Below, one piece after another: positions 1-6,994 of a stretch of 11,849 nt of DNA. Source of the DNA: Myxococcota bacterium (lineage in GTDB: Bacteria; Myxococcota; JACRCW01); the NCBI GenBank assembly GCA_040752415.1, contig JBFMGU010000311.1:1-11849 (forward strand), read 5' to 3'. The notes under the pieces were generated by a model. It had not been told where the DNA came from and did no database searches. It worked only from the letters and a program-made list of their open reading frames with translations. Numbering within the stretch: the first letter of the stretch is position 1; each line of letters begins with the position of its first letter. The position numbers and the translations under genes are program-made.

Positions 1-81
1 CGAAGAAAGGGCACTCGCGGCGCCCGCACCTTTGGGAGTGCGGTCTGAAATACCGCTTTGGCTCGGGCTGTCCGGGCTCAC
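1..81 (-). CDS. Possible N-terminus of the next gene downstream of rsmG (runs off the window edge); product not identifiable
   Basis: On the minus strand, GGAGGAG is followed after 5 nt by a GTG at 81, and the frame stays open to position 1 (VSPDSPSQSGISDRTPKGAGAASALSS). No recognisable motif. parA often follows rsmG, but nothing here confirms that. Confidence 0.2.
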   Translation of the reverse strand, partial: MSPDSPSQSGISDRTPKGAGAASALSS

Positions 82-123
82 CGGAGCTCCTCCACATATG
101 TGCAAGAACTTCTGGCCAGGTAC

Positions 124-762
124 TTAGTGACGCTGGCCCAGAAGGACCGTGCGCGCCGCTCCCGAGGGAAGCGAATAGTGGCGCAACTCCAGGATGTTCC
201 ACGTGGAACCTTGGAGCGACCGCAGCTCGCCAGGGGAGGGCGCCTGCTCCGGACCGAGCAGACCCATCAACCTGCCGCCAGGTCGCACGCAGGGTGCGCA
301 CGCGCTCAGCAAGATCGACCACGGCAGCGTGGCGCGACTGGTGACCAGGTCGAACTGCAGGCCCTTCAGCTTCTCCACCGCCTCCCCGCGCACCGTCGCG
401 TCGATGCCCAACCTGGCGCAGGTGTTTTCGAGGAAGGACCGGCGCTTGCGCAGCGGCTCCAACAGCGTCACCCGCGCGCTCGGCCACCACAGCGCCAGCG
501 GGATGCCGGGGAAGCCGGCGCCGGAACCCACGTCCAGGAGCGTGTCCGGCGCGGTCATCCCCGCGAAGGGCAGGATGGAATCCAGCGTGTGCCGCTCCGC
601 CGCCTCCGCCTCCTCCACCGCGGTCAGGTCGTGGACCTTGTTCCAGCGGTAGACCTCCGCCAGGTGCCCGGCGGCCCGATCGAGGAAATCGGACGTGGGC
701 TGGAGCCCCGCCTTCTGGAAGGCACGCTCGAGAAGTGGCCGATGTTCCACGTGAAACGTCAC
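124..762 (-). CDS. rsmG: 16S rRNA (guanine(527)-N7)-methyltransferase RsmG/GidB
   Basis: Family motifs WNKVHDLTA, HTLDS, SAM-binding LLDVGSGAGFPGIPLA, TLLEPLRKRRSFL and FDLVTSRA; 212 aa. The GTG start overlaps the dtd stop (GTGA). Confidence 0.95.
   Translation of the reverse strand: MTFHVEHRPLLERAFQKAGLQPTSDFLDRAAGHLAEVYRWNKVHDLTAVEEAEAAERHTLDSILPFAGMTAPDTLLDVGSGAGFPGIPLALWWPSARVTLLEPLRKRRSFLENTCARLGIDATVRGEAVEKLKGLQFDLVTSRATLPWSILLSACAPCVRPGGRLMGLLGPEQAPSPGELRSLQGSTWNILELRHYSLPSGAARTVLLGQRH
195..210. promoter_or_regulatory. parS site (ParB-binding centromere-like palindrome) inside rsmG
   Basis: TGTTCCACGTGGAACC, with a perfect 14-bp palindrome GTTCCACGTGGAAC at 196-209; matches the parS consensus TGTTTCACGTGAAACA in its GC-rich variant. 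Confidence 0.85.
743..758. promoter_or_regulatory. parS site overlapping the first codons of rsmG
   Basis: TGTTCCACGTGAAACG, a 14/16 match to TGTTTCACGTGAAACA; encodes T-F-H-V-E-H of the RsmG N-terminus. Confidence 0.85.
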
Positions 763-1205
763 CGCTGCTTGGAGTTGAGCACGAAGGTCACCGGCCCGTC
801 GTTGAGCAGGTGCACATCCATCATCGCCCCGAAGCGGCCGGTCTCCACCGGCAGGCCCCGCTTCTCCAGCTCGGCCGCCACCCGGTCACACAGCGCGGAG
901 GCGGGTTGCGGTTCCAGGCTGCGCTCAAAGGACGGACGCCGGCCCTTGGACAGGTTGGCCAGCAGCGTGAACTGGCTGACCACGAGGATCGCCCCGCCCA
1001 CCTCGGCCACGGCCTTGTTCATCTTGCCCGCTTCGTCTTGGAACGCGCGCAGGCCGGCAATCCGGTCCGCGGTCCAGTCCGCGTCTTCCTCGGTGTCGCC
1101 CTTCTCGGCGCCCACCAGGGCCAGCCAGCCCTTGTCGATCCTCCCCACCACCTCGCCCTCGACCTCCACCCGGGCGGAGCGGACCCGCTGCAGGACGCAC
1201 ATCAT
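759..1205 (-). CDS. dtd: D-aminoacyl-tRNA deacylase (D-Tyr-tRNA deacylase)
   Basis: N-terminal VLQRVRSARVEV, RAFQDEAGKMN, SQFTL motif, KGRRPSF, TGRFGAMMDV and the Gly-cisPro motif NDGPVT; 148 aa. Confidence 0.96.
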   Translation of the reverse strand: MMCVLQRVRSARVEVEGEVVGRIDKGWLALVGAEKGDTEEDADWTADRIAGLRAFQDEAGKMNKAVAEVGGAILVVSQFTLLANLSKGRRPSFERSLEPQPASALCDRVAAELEKRGLPVETGRFGAMMDVHLLNDGPVTFVLNSKQR

Positions 1206-1211
1206 GACGCG

Positions 1212-2519
1212 TCAGCGCAGGGCGGCCAGGGCCGCATCCAGGCGCGGCATCAGGGCCTTGATGGAGTCGGTGTTGGTGGCCCCCACGCTGGCGCGGAACC
1301 AGGTGGGCTCGCTGTGCATGCCAAAGGCCGAGAACGGCACAATGGCCATGCCCGCCTCCTCCAGGAGGTACTTCCGGATGGACTCCCCCGACTCCAGGGT
1401 GGTCCCCCCCGGCGTCCGCTTCCCCACCAGGTTGAACTGGACGCTGAGGTAGATGGCCCCCTGCGGCTCGATGGCATCCACCGGTCGGCCCGCCGCGGCC
1501 AGGCCCTTGATGCCGTTGTGCAGGGCCGACAACCGCTCGTGCACCCCCGCGCGCATCCGCACGGTGAACTCCGACATCACCTCCGGTTGTCGCAGCAGCT
1601 TGGCGGTGGCCACCTGCTCCGCGCGCGGCGCCCAGGCACCCACATGTCCCAGGATGGCCTTCATCCGGTCGATGACGTCGGTGGGGCCAATACCCCAGCC
1701 CACACGCAGGCCGGTGGCGGCAAACACCTTGCTGATGCCGTCGATGAGGACCGTGTAGCGGGCCACCTCCGGACGGAGGGCCACCGGGCAGAGGTGCCGG
1801 GCCGAGCCAAACGTCAGGCCGGCGTAGATCTGGTCGTACATGAAGAACAGGTTGGGCCGACCCTCCGCCTCCCGCCGACGGTTCTCCTCCAACACCTCGT
1901 CGCACAGCGCGGTCAGGCTGTCCTTGCCCACCAACGTCCCGGCGGGATTGAGCGGGCTGTTGATAAACAGGATGCGGGCGTCCTTGAGGTGCGGCTTGAT
2001 GGCCTCCACCCGGGGGAAGAACCCGTCCGCCCGCGAGGTGGGCACCTCGATGCCCCGACCCCCGGCCAGCACCATGTAGTGGTTGTTGTTCCAACTCGGC
2101 AGCGGGTAGACCACCCCGTCGCCCTCGTTGAGCAGGGCGCGGTAGGCGCCGTAGAGCACCGGCCGGGCGCCGCCGCAGATGAGCACCGAGCCCAGCGGGT
2201 AGGACACCCCGTACTCCCGCGCCATGTACTCCTGCACCGCCTGGCGCAGCTCCAACACCCCGTCGCTGGGGGGGTAGTTGGTGTGCCCGGCCCGCAGCGC
2301 GGCAATGGTCTCGGTAATCAGCGTCTCCGGGATGGGGAACTCCTTGGCGGAGAAGTCACCCACGGTGAGGTCGCAGAGCGCCTTGCCCTTGGCGGCGAGC
2401 TCGCGAATCTCCCCGGCGATCTTCAGGATCTCCGAGCCGATGAGGCGGGTGGACATGGCGCCCGTCCGAGGACGACCCGGCGGCGGCGTGACGTGGCTGG
2501 TGAGGTCAATGGTGGTCAT
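1212..2519 (-). CDS. PLP-dependent aminotransferase class I/II (aspartate aminotransferase-like)
   Basis: Motifs YPPSDGVLELRQAV, NSPLNPAG, YDQIY, PLP-lysine motif DGISKVFAATGLRVGW and PQGAIY. I chose the ATG at 2519 (MTTIDLT); the ORF track extends to 2540. Confidence 0.92.
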   Translation of the reverse strand: MTTIDLTSHVTPPPGRPRTGAMSTRLIGSEILKIAGEIRELAAKGKALCDLTVGDFSAKEFPIPETLITETIAALRAGHTNYPPSDGVLELRQAVQEYMAREYGVSYPLGSVLICGGARPVLYGAYRALLNEGDGVVYPLPSWNNNHYMVLAGGRGIEVPTSRADGFFPRVEAIKPHLKDARILFINSPLNPAGTLVGKDSLTALCDEVLEENRRREAEGRPNLFFMYDQIYAGLTFGSARHLCPVALRPEVARYTVLIDGISKVFAATGLRVGWGIGPTDVIDRMKAILGHVGAWAPRAEQVATAKLLRQPEVMSEFTVRMRAGVHERLSALHNGIKGLAAAGRPVDAIEPQGAIYLSVQFNLVGKRTPGGTTLESGESIRKYLLEEAGMAIVPFSAFGMHSEPTWFRASVGATNTDSIKALMPRLDAALAALR

Positions 2520-2529
2520 GGCGGCGCGC

Positions 2530-2559
2530 ACCCTACGCATTCTCTGCCGGATTTGTCAC
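2530..2559 (-). promoter_or_regulatory. Putative sigma70-type promoter of the aminotransferase-dtd-rsmG operon
   Basis: Minus strand reads GTGACA-N18-TAGGGT, then 10 nt to the ATG at 2519; no Shine-Dalgarno sequence. Confidence 0.4.
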
Positions 2560-2567
2560 GCAACCGT

Positions 2568-2597
2568 TTGACCCCGGGCCCGCCAGACGCGGAGAGT
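2568..2597 (+). promoter_or_regulatory. Putative sigma70-type promoter of the Cys-rich ORF
   Basis: TTGACC(2568-2573)-N18-GAGAGT(2592-2597), then 10 nt to the ATG at 2608. The GGAGAG could instead be a Shine-Dalgarno sequence. Confidence 0.35.
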
Positions 2598-2607
2598 TGG
2601 CCTTCGC

Positions 2608-2910
2608 ATGCACCTCGAGAGCGGCTTCCCCCTCGGCACCTGCCCGGCCTGCGGCCAGCGCGCGCTTGCCTGGTACGAGCTTGGTGACGACGGAGAACCA
2701 GGTGCACGCAGCCTGTGCTGCAGCGCCGTTCTCGACGAGCTTTCGTCGGGCGACGAGGCGGAGCTGCGCGCGCTGGGTCTCGACGTGTTCGAGCCGCCCT
2801 CGCCGGGGGGATGTGGGGAGCGGGGCGGGTGTCGCAGCGGCGGTTGCACGACGAGGAAGCGCGCGGTTGTCGACGAGAAACCGGGTGCGAAGCTGCGCGT
2901 CGTCGACTGA
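2608..2910 (+). CDS. Small cysteine-rich hypothetical protein (zinc-ribbon-like N-terminus, Gly/Cys-rich tail)
   Basis: 100 aa with ATG start and GC3-rich codons; CPAC...LCC and GGCGERGGCRSGGC motifs; fills the gap between two clear genes. Confidence 0.7.
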   Translation: MHLESGFPLGTCPACGQRALAWYELGDDGEPGARSLCCSAVLDELSSGDEAELRALGLDVFEPPSPGGCGERGGCRSGGCTTRKRAVVDEKPGAKLRVVD

Positions 2911-2946
2911 GTGCCCGTCGAGGATGGATGTGGCACACTGGCGCAC

Positions 2947-5814
2947 GTGAGGGTGCGCGCGCTGCCCATGGTGCTGCTGCTCGTCGGGGGGACGGCCCAC
3001 GCGGCGCCGCCCCTGCGCTCCTGGTCCACCATCAAGACCAGCTGCTGCGACATCACCTACCACGACGGACTCGACGAGGAAGCGCGTCACTTCGCGCGGG
3101 CGGCGCAGGAGGCGCACGAGGCCGCGTGCGAGTTCCTGGCCTACTCCCCCGACGAGCGCACCCAGATCCTCCTCACCGACGACACCGACTTCTCCAACGG
3201 CAGCGCCACCCCACTGCCCTACAACCAGATTCGCGCCTATGCCCGTCCGCCCGGCTCCTTCTCCGACCTCGGCGACTACGACGACTGGGCCCGTGGCCTC
3301 ATCCTCCACGAGTACATCCACATCGCGCACACCGACCAGATTCGCGGCATCCCGCGCGCCATCAACTGGGCCTTCGGGAAAATCTACCCGCCCAACATGT
3401 TGCAGCCGCGCTGGTTCATCGAGGGGCTGGCCACCTTCGGCGAGACCTACATGACGACGGGCGGTCGCGCGCAATCCAGCATCTTCGAGATGTACCTGCG
3501 CACCGCGGCGCTCTCCGGCCAGCTCTGGCCCATGGACATCCTCAGCAGCGGCGGCCGGCCCTTCCCCGGCGGCAACGGCGCGTACCTGTACGGCGGGCAC
3601 TTCCTGGGGTGGATTGCGGAGAAGAAGGGCGCGGGCGTCTTCGGCGACATCGCCAAGCGCTACGGCGGCACGGTGGTGCCCTACGCGCTGGACTGGGCGG
3701 CGGGACCCTCGCTGGGTGAGGACTACGTCATCCTCTACGACCAGTGGCGCTACCAGCTCACCGAGGACGCCGAGGCGCTGGTGAGGCGCGTGGAGGAGGC
3801 GGGTCGCAGCGTGGAGCGGCGGCTCACCGGGATTGGCCAGAGCGTGCTCTTCCCGCGCCTGCTCCCCGACGGAAAAGTGGCCTTCTACGCCGCCCCCACC
3901 GACGACAGTCCCGGCCTCTACGTCATGAAGCCGCGCGCCGGCGCGGTGCCCACGCTCACCCGCATTGCCGAGGTGCAGAACATCCAGGGCCTCTCGCCCA
4001 CGCCCGACGGGAAGGCCATCATCTTCTCCCAGCCCGAGGTGTACGGGAACGAATACGTGTTCCTGGACCTGTGGCGCGCGGAGTTGGGGACCGGGGAGCT
4101 GCGTCGCATCACCGCGGGCGCGCGCCTGCGCGACCCCGACGTGCACCCCGACGGAAAACTGGCCATGGCGGTGGAGAACCGCGTGGGCAACAGCCGCCTG
4201 GTGCTGGTGGACCTCTCCACCGGCGCGGTGCGCGGCCTGTTCAGCTTCGGCGACGGCTCGGAAATCCACTCCCCGCGCTTCTCCCCCCGCGGCGACGCCG
4301 TGGTGTTCACCGCCTGGCGCCCCGGCGGCTTCCGCGACGTGTACCTGCTGCGCGCCGGCCAGCCCGTCCCCGAGCGGCTCACCGCCGACCGCGCCATGGA
4401 CCTCCACCCCGCCTTCTCCGCCGACGGAAAGAGCGTCTACTTCAGCGCGGACCGCGACGGCGTCTTCAACATCCACCGCATCCCCCTGGACGGAACCACG
4501 GTGGAGCGCGCCACCAACGTCGTCACCGGCGCGTTCATGCCGCTCCCGCTCGAGGAGGAGGGCGCGCTCTTGTACGTGGGGTTCGGCCCGGAGGCCTTCG
4601 ACCTGTACGCCACCGCGCTCAACCCGGTGGCGCTCCCGCCCGCCCCGCCCGCCGAGCCGCGGCTGCCGGCCAAGGCGCTTCCCCACGTCGCCATCAGCGA
4701 GCCCACGCCGTACCTCCCGTTCGAGAGCATGCAGCCCTTCACCTGGGAGCCCATGCTGCGCGGGAGCACGCTCAGCGCGTTCAACGTCGGCGCGGTGGTC
4801 AGCGGGCAGGACCTGGTGGGCTACCACGCGTACTCCCTGGAGGCGCGCGCCATCCTCCCGCTGTGGGACTACGCGTGGGCCGCCAGCTACGCCTTCACCG
4901 GTTTTCCCATCACCCTCGCCACCAGCGCCGCCGGGTACGTGGCGCGCCCCTCGCGCTCGCTCACGTCGGAGGGGGCGTTCCTGCGCTTCCCCGAGGACGT
5001 CTTGCGCGGGGAGCTCAGCGCGGCCCTGCCGCTGTCGCGCTGGCGTTGGGGCCACCTGTTCACCGTGGGCTACAGCCTGGAGATGCGCCGGGTGCGCGGC
5101 GGCCCCATCCTCCGCCCCGACGGCCCCGAACCCCTCCTCCAGCTCAGCCGACCCATCAGCGCGGTGGCGTTCACCTGGTCGCACAACAACGTGCGCTCCT
5201 TCCGTGACTCGGTGAGCACCGAGCGCGGTCGACGCATGTTCGCGCGCGTGCGCGTCAGCCACCCGCTCATGCTCAGCGGCTACACGCTCTACGAGTTCAA
5301 CGCCGACTACCGCGAGTACATCCCGGTGCCCGGCCTGCCACGCCACGTGTGGTTCCTGGGACTGTCGGGCGGCGTGGCACGCGGGGACATCACGCGACGA
5401 CGCGTTGCCTTCGTCGGCGGCATCCCGGAGCGGAACATCTTCCTGGACGTGCTCACCCAGACGCGCATCGGCGCGGGCTTCCTGCGCGGCTACCCGTTCG
5501 CGTACGAGTTTGGCGACGGATTCGTGCTGGCCAACCTGGAGTGGCGCTTCCCCATCCTGCAGGTGCAGCAGGGCTTCCACATGGTCCCGTTCTTCGTCGA
5601 CCGGCTGCGGGGCCTCGTCTTCTATGACCAGGGCCTGGTCTTCAATGATTTTCCGAAAGGCGCCAACATCAAGCGCGGGGTGGGCGCGGAGCTGCTCGTC
5701 GACACGCAGATCTTCTACGTGCTGCCACTGGACCTGAGGTTTGGGATGGCGCGCGGGTTGGACCGCGGGGGACTGGACCTGCAGCTGTACTTCGCGCTGG
5801 GGGCGGACAGCTGA
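2947..5814 (+). CDS. Omp85/BamA-TamA family outer-membrane protein with N-terminal HEXXH (gluzincin/peptidase MA-like) domain and TolB/PD40 beta-propeller
   Basis: Signal peptide (RVRALPMVLLLVGGTAHA-A); LILHEYIHIAH plus downstream PRWFIEGLA; PD40-like repeats (SPTPDGK, PDVHPDGK, PRFSPRGD, PAFSADGKSVYFSADRDG); C-terminal amphipathic strands with LRGY, ANLEWRFP, FYDQG and GVGAEL. The start could be 2911, 2947 or 2968. Confidence 0.88.
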   Translation: MRVRALPMVLLLVGGTAHAAPPLRSWSTIKTSCCDITYHDGLDEEARHFARAAQEAHEAACEFLAYSPDERTQILLTDDTDFSNGSATPLPYNQIRAYARPPGSFSDLGDYDDWARGLILHEYIHIAHTDQIRGIPRAINWAFGKIYPPNMLQPRWFIEGLATFGETYMTTGGRAQSSIFEMYLRTAALSGQLWPMDILSSGGRPFPGGNGAYLYGGHFLGWIAEKKGAGVFGDIAKRYGGTVVPYALDWAAGPSLGEDYVILYDQWRYQLTEDAEALVRRVEEAGRSVERRLTGIGQSVLFPRLLPDGKVAFYAAPTDDSPGLYVMKPRAGAVPTLTRIAEVQNIQGLSPTPDGKAIIFSQPEVYGNEYVFLDLWRAELGTGELRRITAGARLRDPDVHPDGKLAMAVENRVGNSRLVLVDLSTGAVRGLFSFGDGSEIHSPRFSPRGDAVVFTAWRPGGFRDVYLLRAGQPVPERLTADRAMDLHPAFSADGKSVYFSADRDGVFNIHRIPLDGTTVERATNVVTGAFMPLPLEEEGALLYVGFGPEAFDLYATALNPVALPPAPPAEPRLPAKALPHVAISEPTPYLPFESMQPFTWEPMLRGSTLSAFNVGAVVSGQDLVGYHAYSLEARAILPLWDYAWAASYAFTGFPITLATSAAGYVARPSRSLTSEGAFLRFPEDVLRGELSAALPLSRWRWGHLFTVGYSLEMRRVRGGPILRPDGPEPLLQLSRPISAVAFTWSHNNVRSFRDSVSTERGRRMFARVRVSHPLMLSGYTLYEFNADYREYIPVPGLPRHVWFLGLSGGVARGDITRRRVAFVGGIPERNIFLDVLTQTRIGAGFLRGYPFAYEFGDGFVLANLEWRFPILQVQQGFHMVPFFVDRLRGLVFYDQGLVFNDFPKGANIKRGVGAELLVDTQIFYVLPLDLRFGMARGLDRGGLDLQLYFALGADS

Positions 5815-5818
5815 GGCG

Positions 5819-6031
5819 TTACTGGATCTCTCCGGGGGCGGGAGCGGTGGCGTCCAGGTCCTGACCCGAGACCAGCGTCTCCATCAGCATGCGGGTCAGC
5901 GCCTGCAGCTGCTCCTCCTCCATCTGGATGGTCACCGCGCCAATGCTCAGGGAGTACTGGCCGCACTCGCACCGCTCCAGCGCAACATCTTGCACCTCGT
6001 CCGAGGCGAGACAGACCCGGTTGTGCTCCAC
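5819..6031 (-). CDS. Small hypothetical protein with RCxCG motif
   Basis: GGAGG lies 4 nt before a GTG at 6031; 70 aa (VEHNRVCLASDEVQDVALERCECGQYSLSIGAVTIQMEEEQLQAL...) with a protein-like strand/helix pattern and GC3-biased codons. Confidence 0.65.
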   Translation of the reverse strand: MEHNRVCLASDEVQDVALERCECGQYSLSIGAVTIQMEEEQLQALTRMLMETLVSGQDLDATAPAPGEIQ

Positions 6032-6139
6032 GCGACCTCCGAAGGGCCCCCTGGCAGAGGACCCGGACCCCACACCTACAGACATCCCCTCCCGCCGGCA
6101 ACGGGCCAGCCAGGGCTCAAGCTTTTCTTTTGAGGGACC

Positions 6140-6889
6140 TCAGCGCTCCAGGCGGAGCAGGACGGCGCTGATGTTGTCGGAGCCGCCGGCCTCGTTGGCG
6201 GCGTCGATGAGGTTCTTGCACGTGTCCTCGAGCGGCGTGCCCGAGCAGACCAGCGAGCCGATGGAGGCGTCGTTGATGAGGCCGTGCAGGCCGTCGGAGC
6301 AGAGCAGCACGGTGTCGCCCAGGCCAAGGTGCACCTGGTCCACGTCGACGATGAGCCCCTCGGTCACGCCGAGCGCGCGCGTGATGGCGTTCTTCTTCAC
6401 GTGCACCGCCTGGCCCTCGGTGATGACACCGGCGCGGAGCAGGTCGCCCACCACGGTGTGGTCCAGCGTGACCTGGATGAGCCCGCGCCCCCGGCCGAGA
6501 TAGCAGCGGCTGTCCCCGGCGTGCGCCACGAACAGCATCCCGTCCTCGATGAGCGCGGCCACCACGGTGGTGCCCATGCCGGCGTGCTCCGGGGCCTCCA
6601 CCACGGCCTGGCGGATGGCCTCGTCGGCGTAGAACACCGAGGAGGCCAGCTTGCGCGCGGGCGCGGGGATGTTGGGGTCCAGGTTGTAGCGCTCACCCTC
6701 GTCGCCGCCGCCGGTGAACCAGGCGTAGATGGCCTCCACCGCGGTGCGGGAGGCCACCTCGCCGGCTTCGTGACCGCCCATGCCGTCGCAGACCACCGCC
6801 AGCGCCAACTCCGGCACCACGAGGATGGCGTCCTCGTTCCCCGGGCGCTTGCGACCCGCATCCGTCATTCCAAACGTGCTCAGACGCAT
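6140..6889 (-). CDS. PP2C/PPM-family Ser/Thr protein phosphatase (Stp1/PrpC-like)
   Basis: TDAGRKRPGNED, VCDGMGGHEAGEVAS, GMGTT, AHAGDSRCY, QVTLDH, ITRALG, LLCSDGL and GGSDNIS motifs. The real gene is the last 249 aa of the 6140..8422 ORF, starting at MRLSTFG. Confidence 0.95.
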   Translation of the reverse strand: MRLSTFGMTDAGRKRPGNEDAILVVPELALAVVCDGMGGHEAGEVASRTAVEAIYAWFTGGGDEGERYNLDPNIPAPARKLASSVFYADEAIRQAVVEAPEHAGMGTTVVAALIEDGMLFVAHAGDSRCYLGRGRGLIQVTLDHTVVGDLLRAGVITEGQAVHVKKNAITRALGVTEGLIVDVDQVHLGLGDTVLLCSDGLHGLINDASIGSLVCSGTPLEDTCKNLIDAANEAGGSDNISAVLLRLER

Positions 6890-6994
6890 GCCGACCCCAC
6901 GGATACTACCGTCCCTGCCCGCGGGGCCAGTATCCGCCCGCCCCGGACGCGAAAGGTGCGCGACCACCCCTCCCTGGAGCAAGCTCCCCGCCAC

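Noticed and set aside
24..102. Short palindromes CCGCAC/GTGCGG (24-43) and CACATATGTG (93-102) downstream of rsmG
   Set aside because: Too short to distinguish from chance, no U-tract, and the context is cut off by the window edge.
58..2687. Long plus-strand ORFs 58..1452 and 735..2687
   Set aside because: Antisense to rsmG, dtd and the aminotransferase, which carry clear family motifs; the translations are Arg/Gly/His-rich noise.
2931..2945. Sigma54-like TGGCAC box before the Omp85 gene
   Set aside because: GG-to-GC spacing is 9 rather than 10 nt and the TTGC element is absent.
2533..5580. 1015-aa minus-strand ORF
   Set aside because: Antisense shadow of the Omp85 fusion. High GC3 removes stops on the opposite strand, and the translation has no domain motifs.
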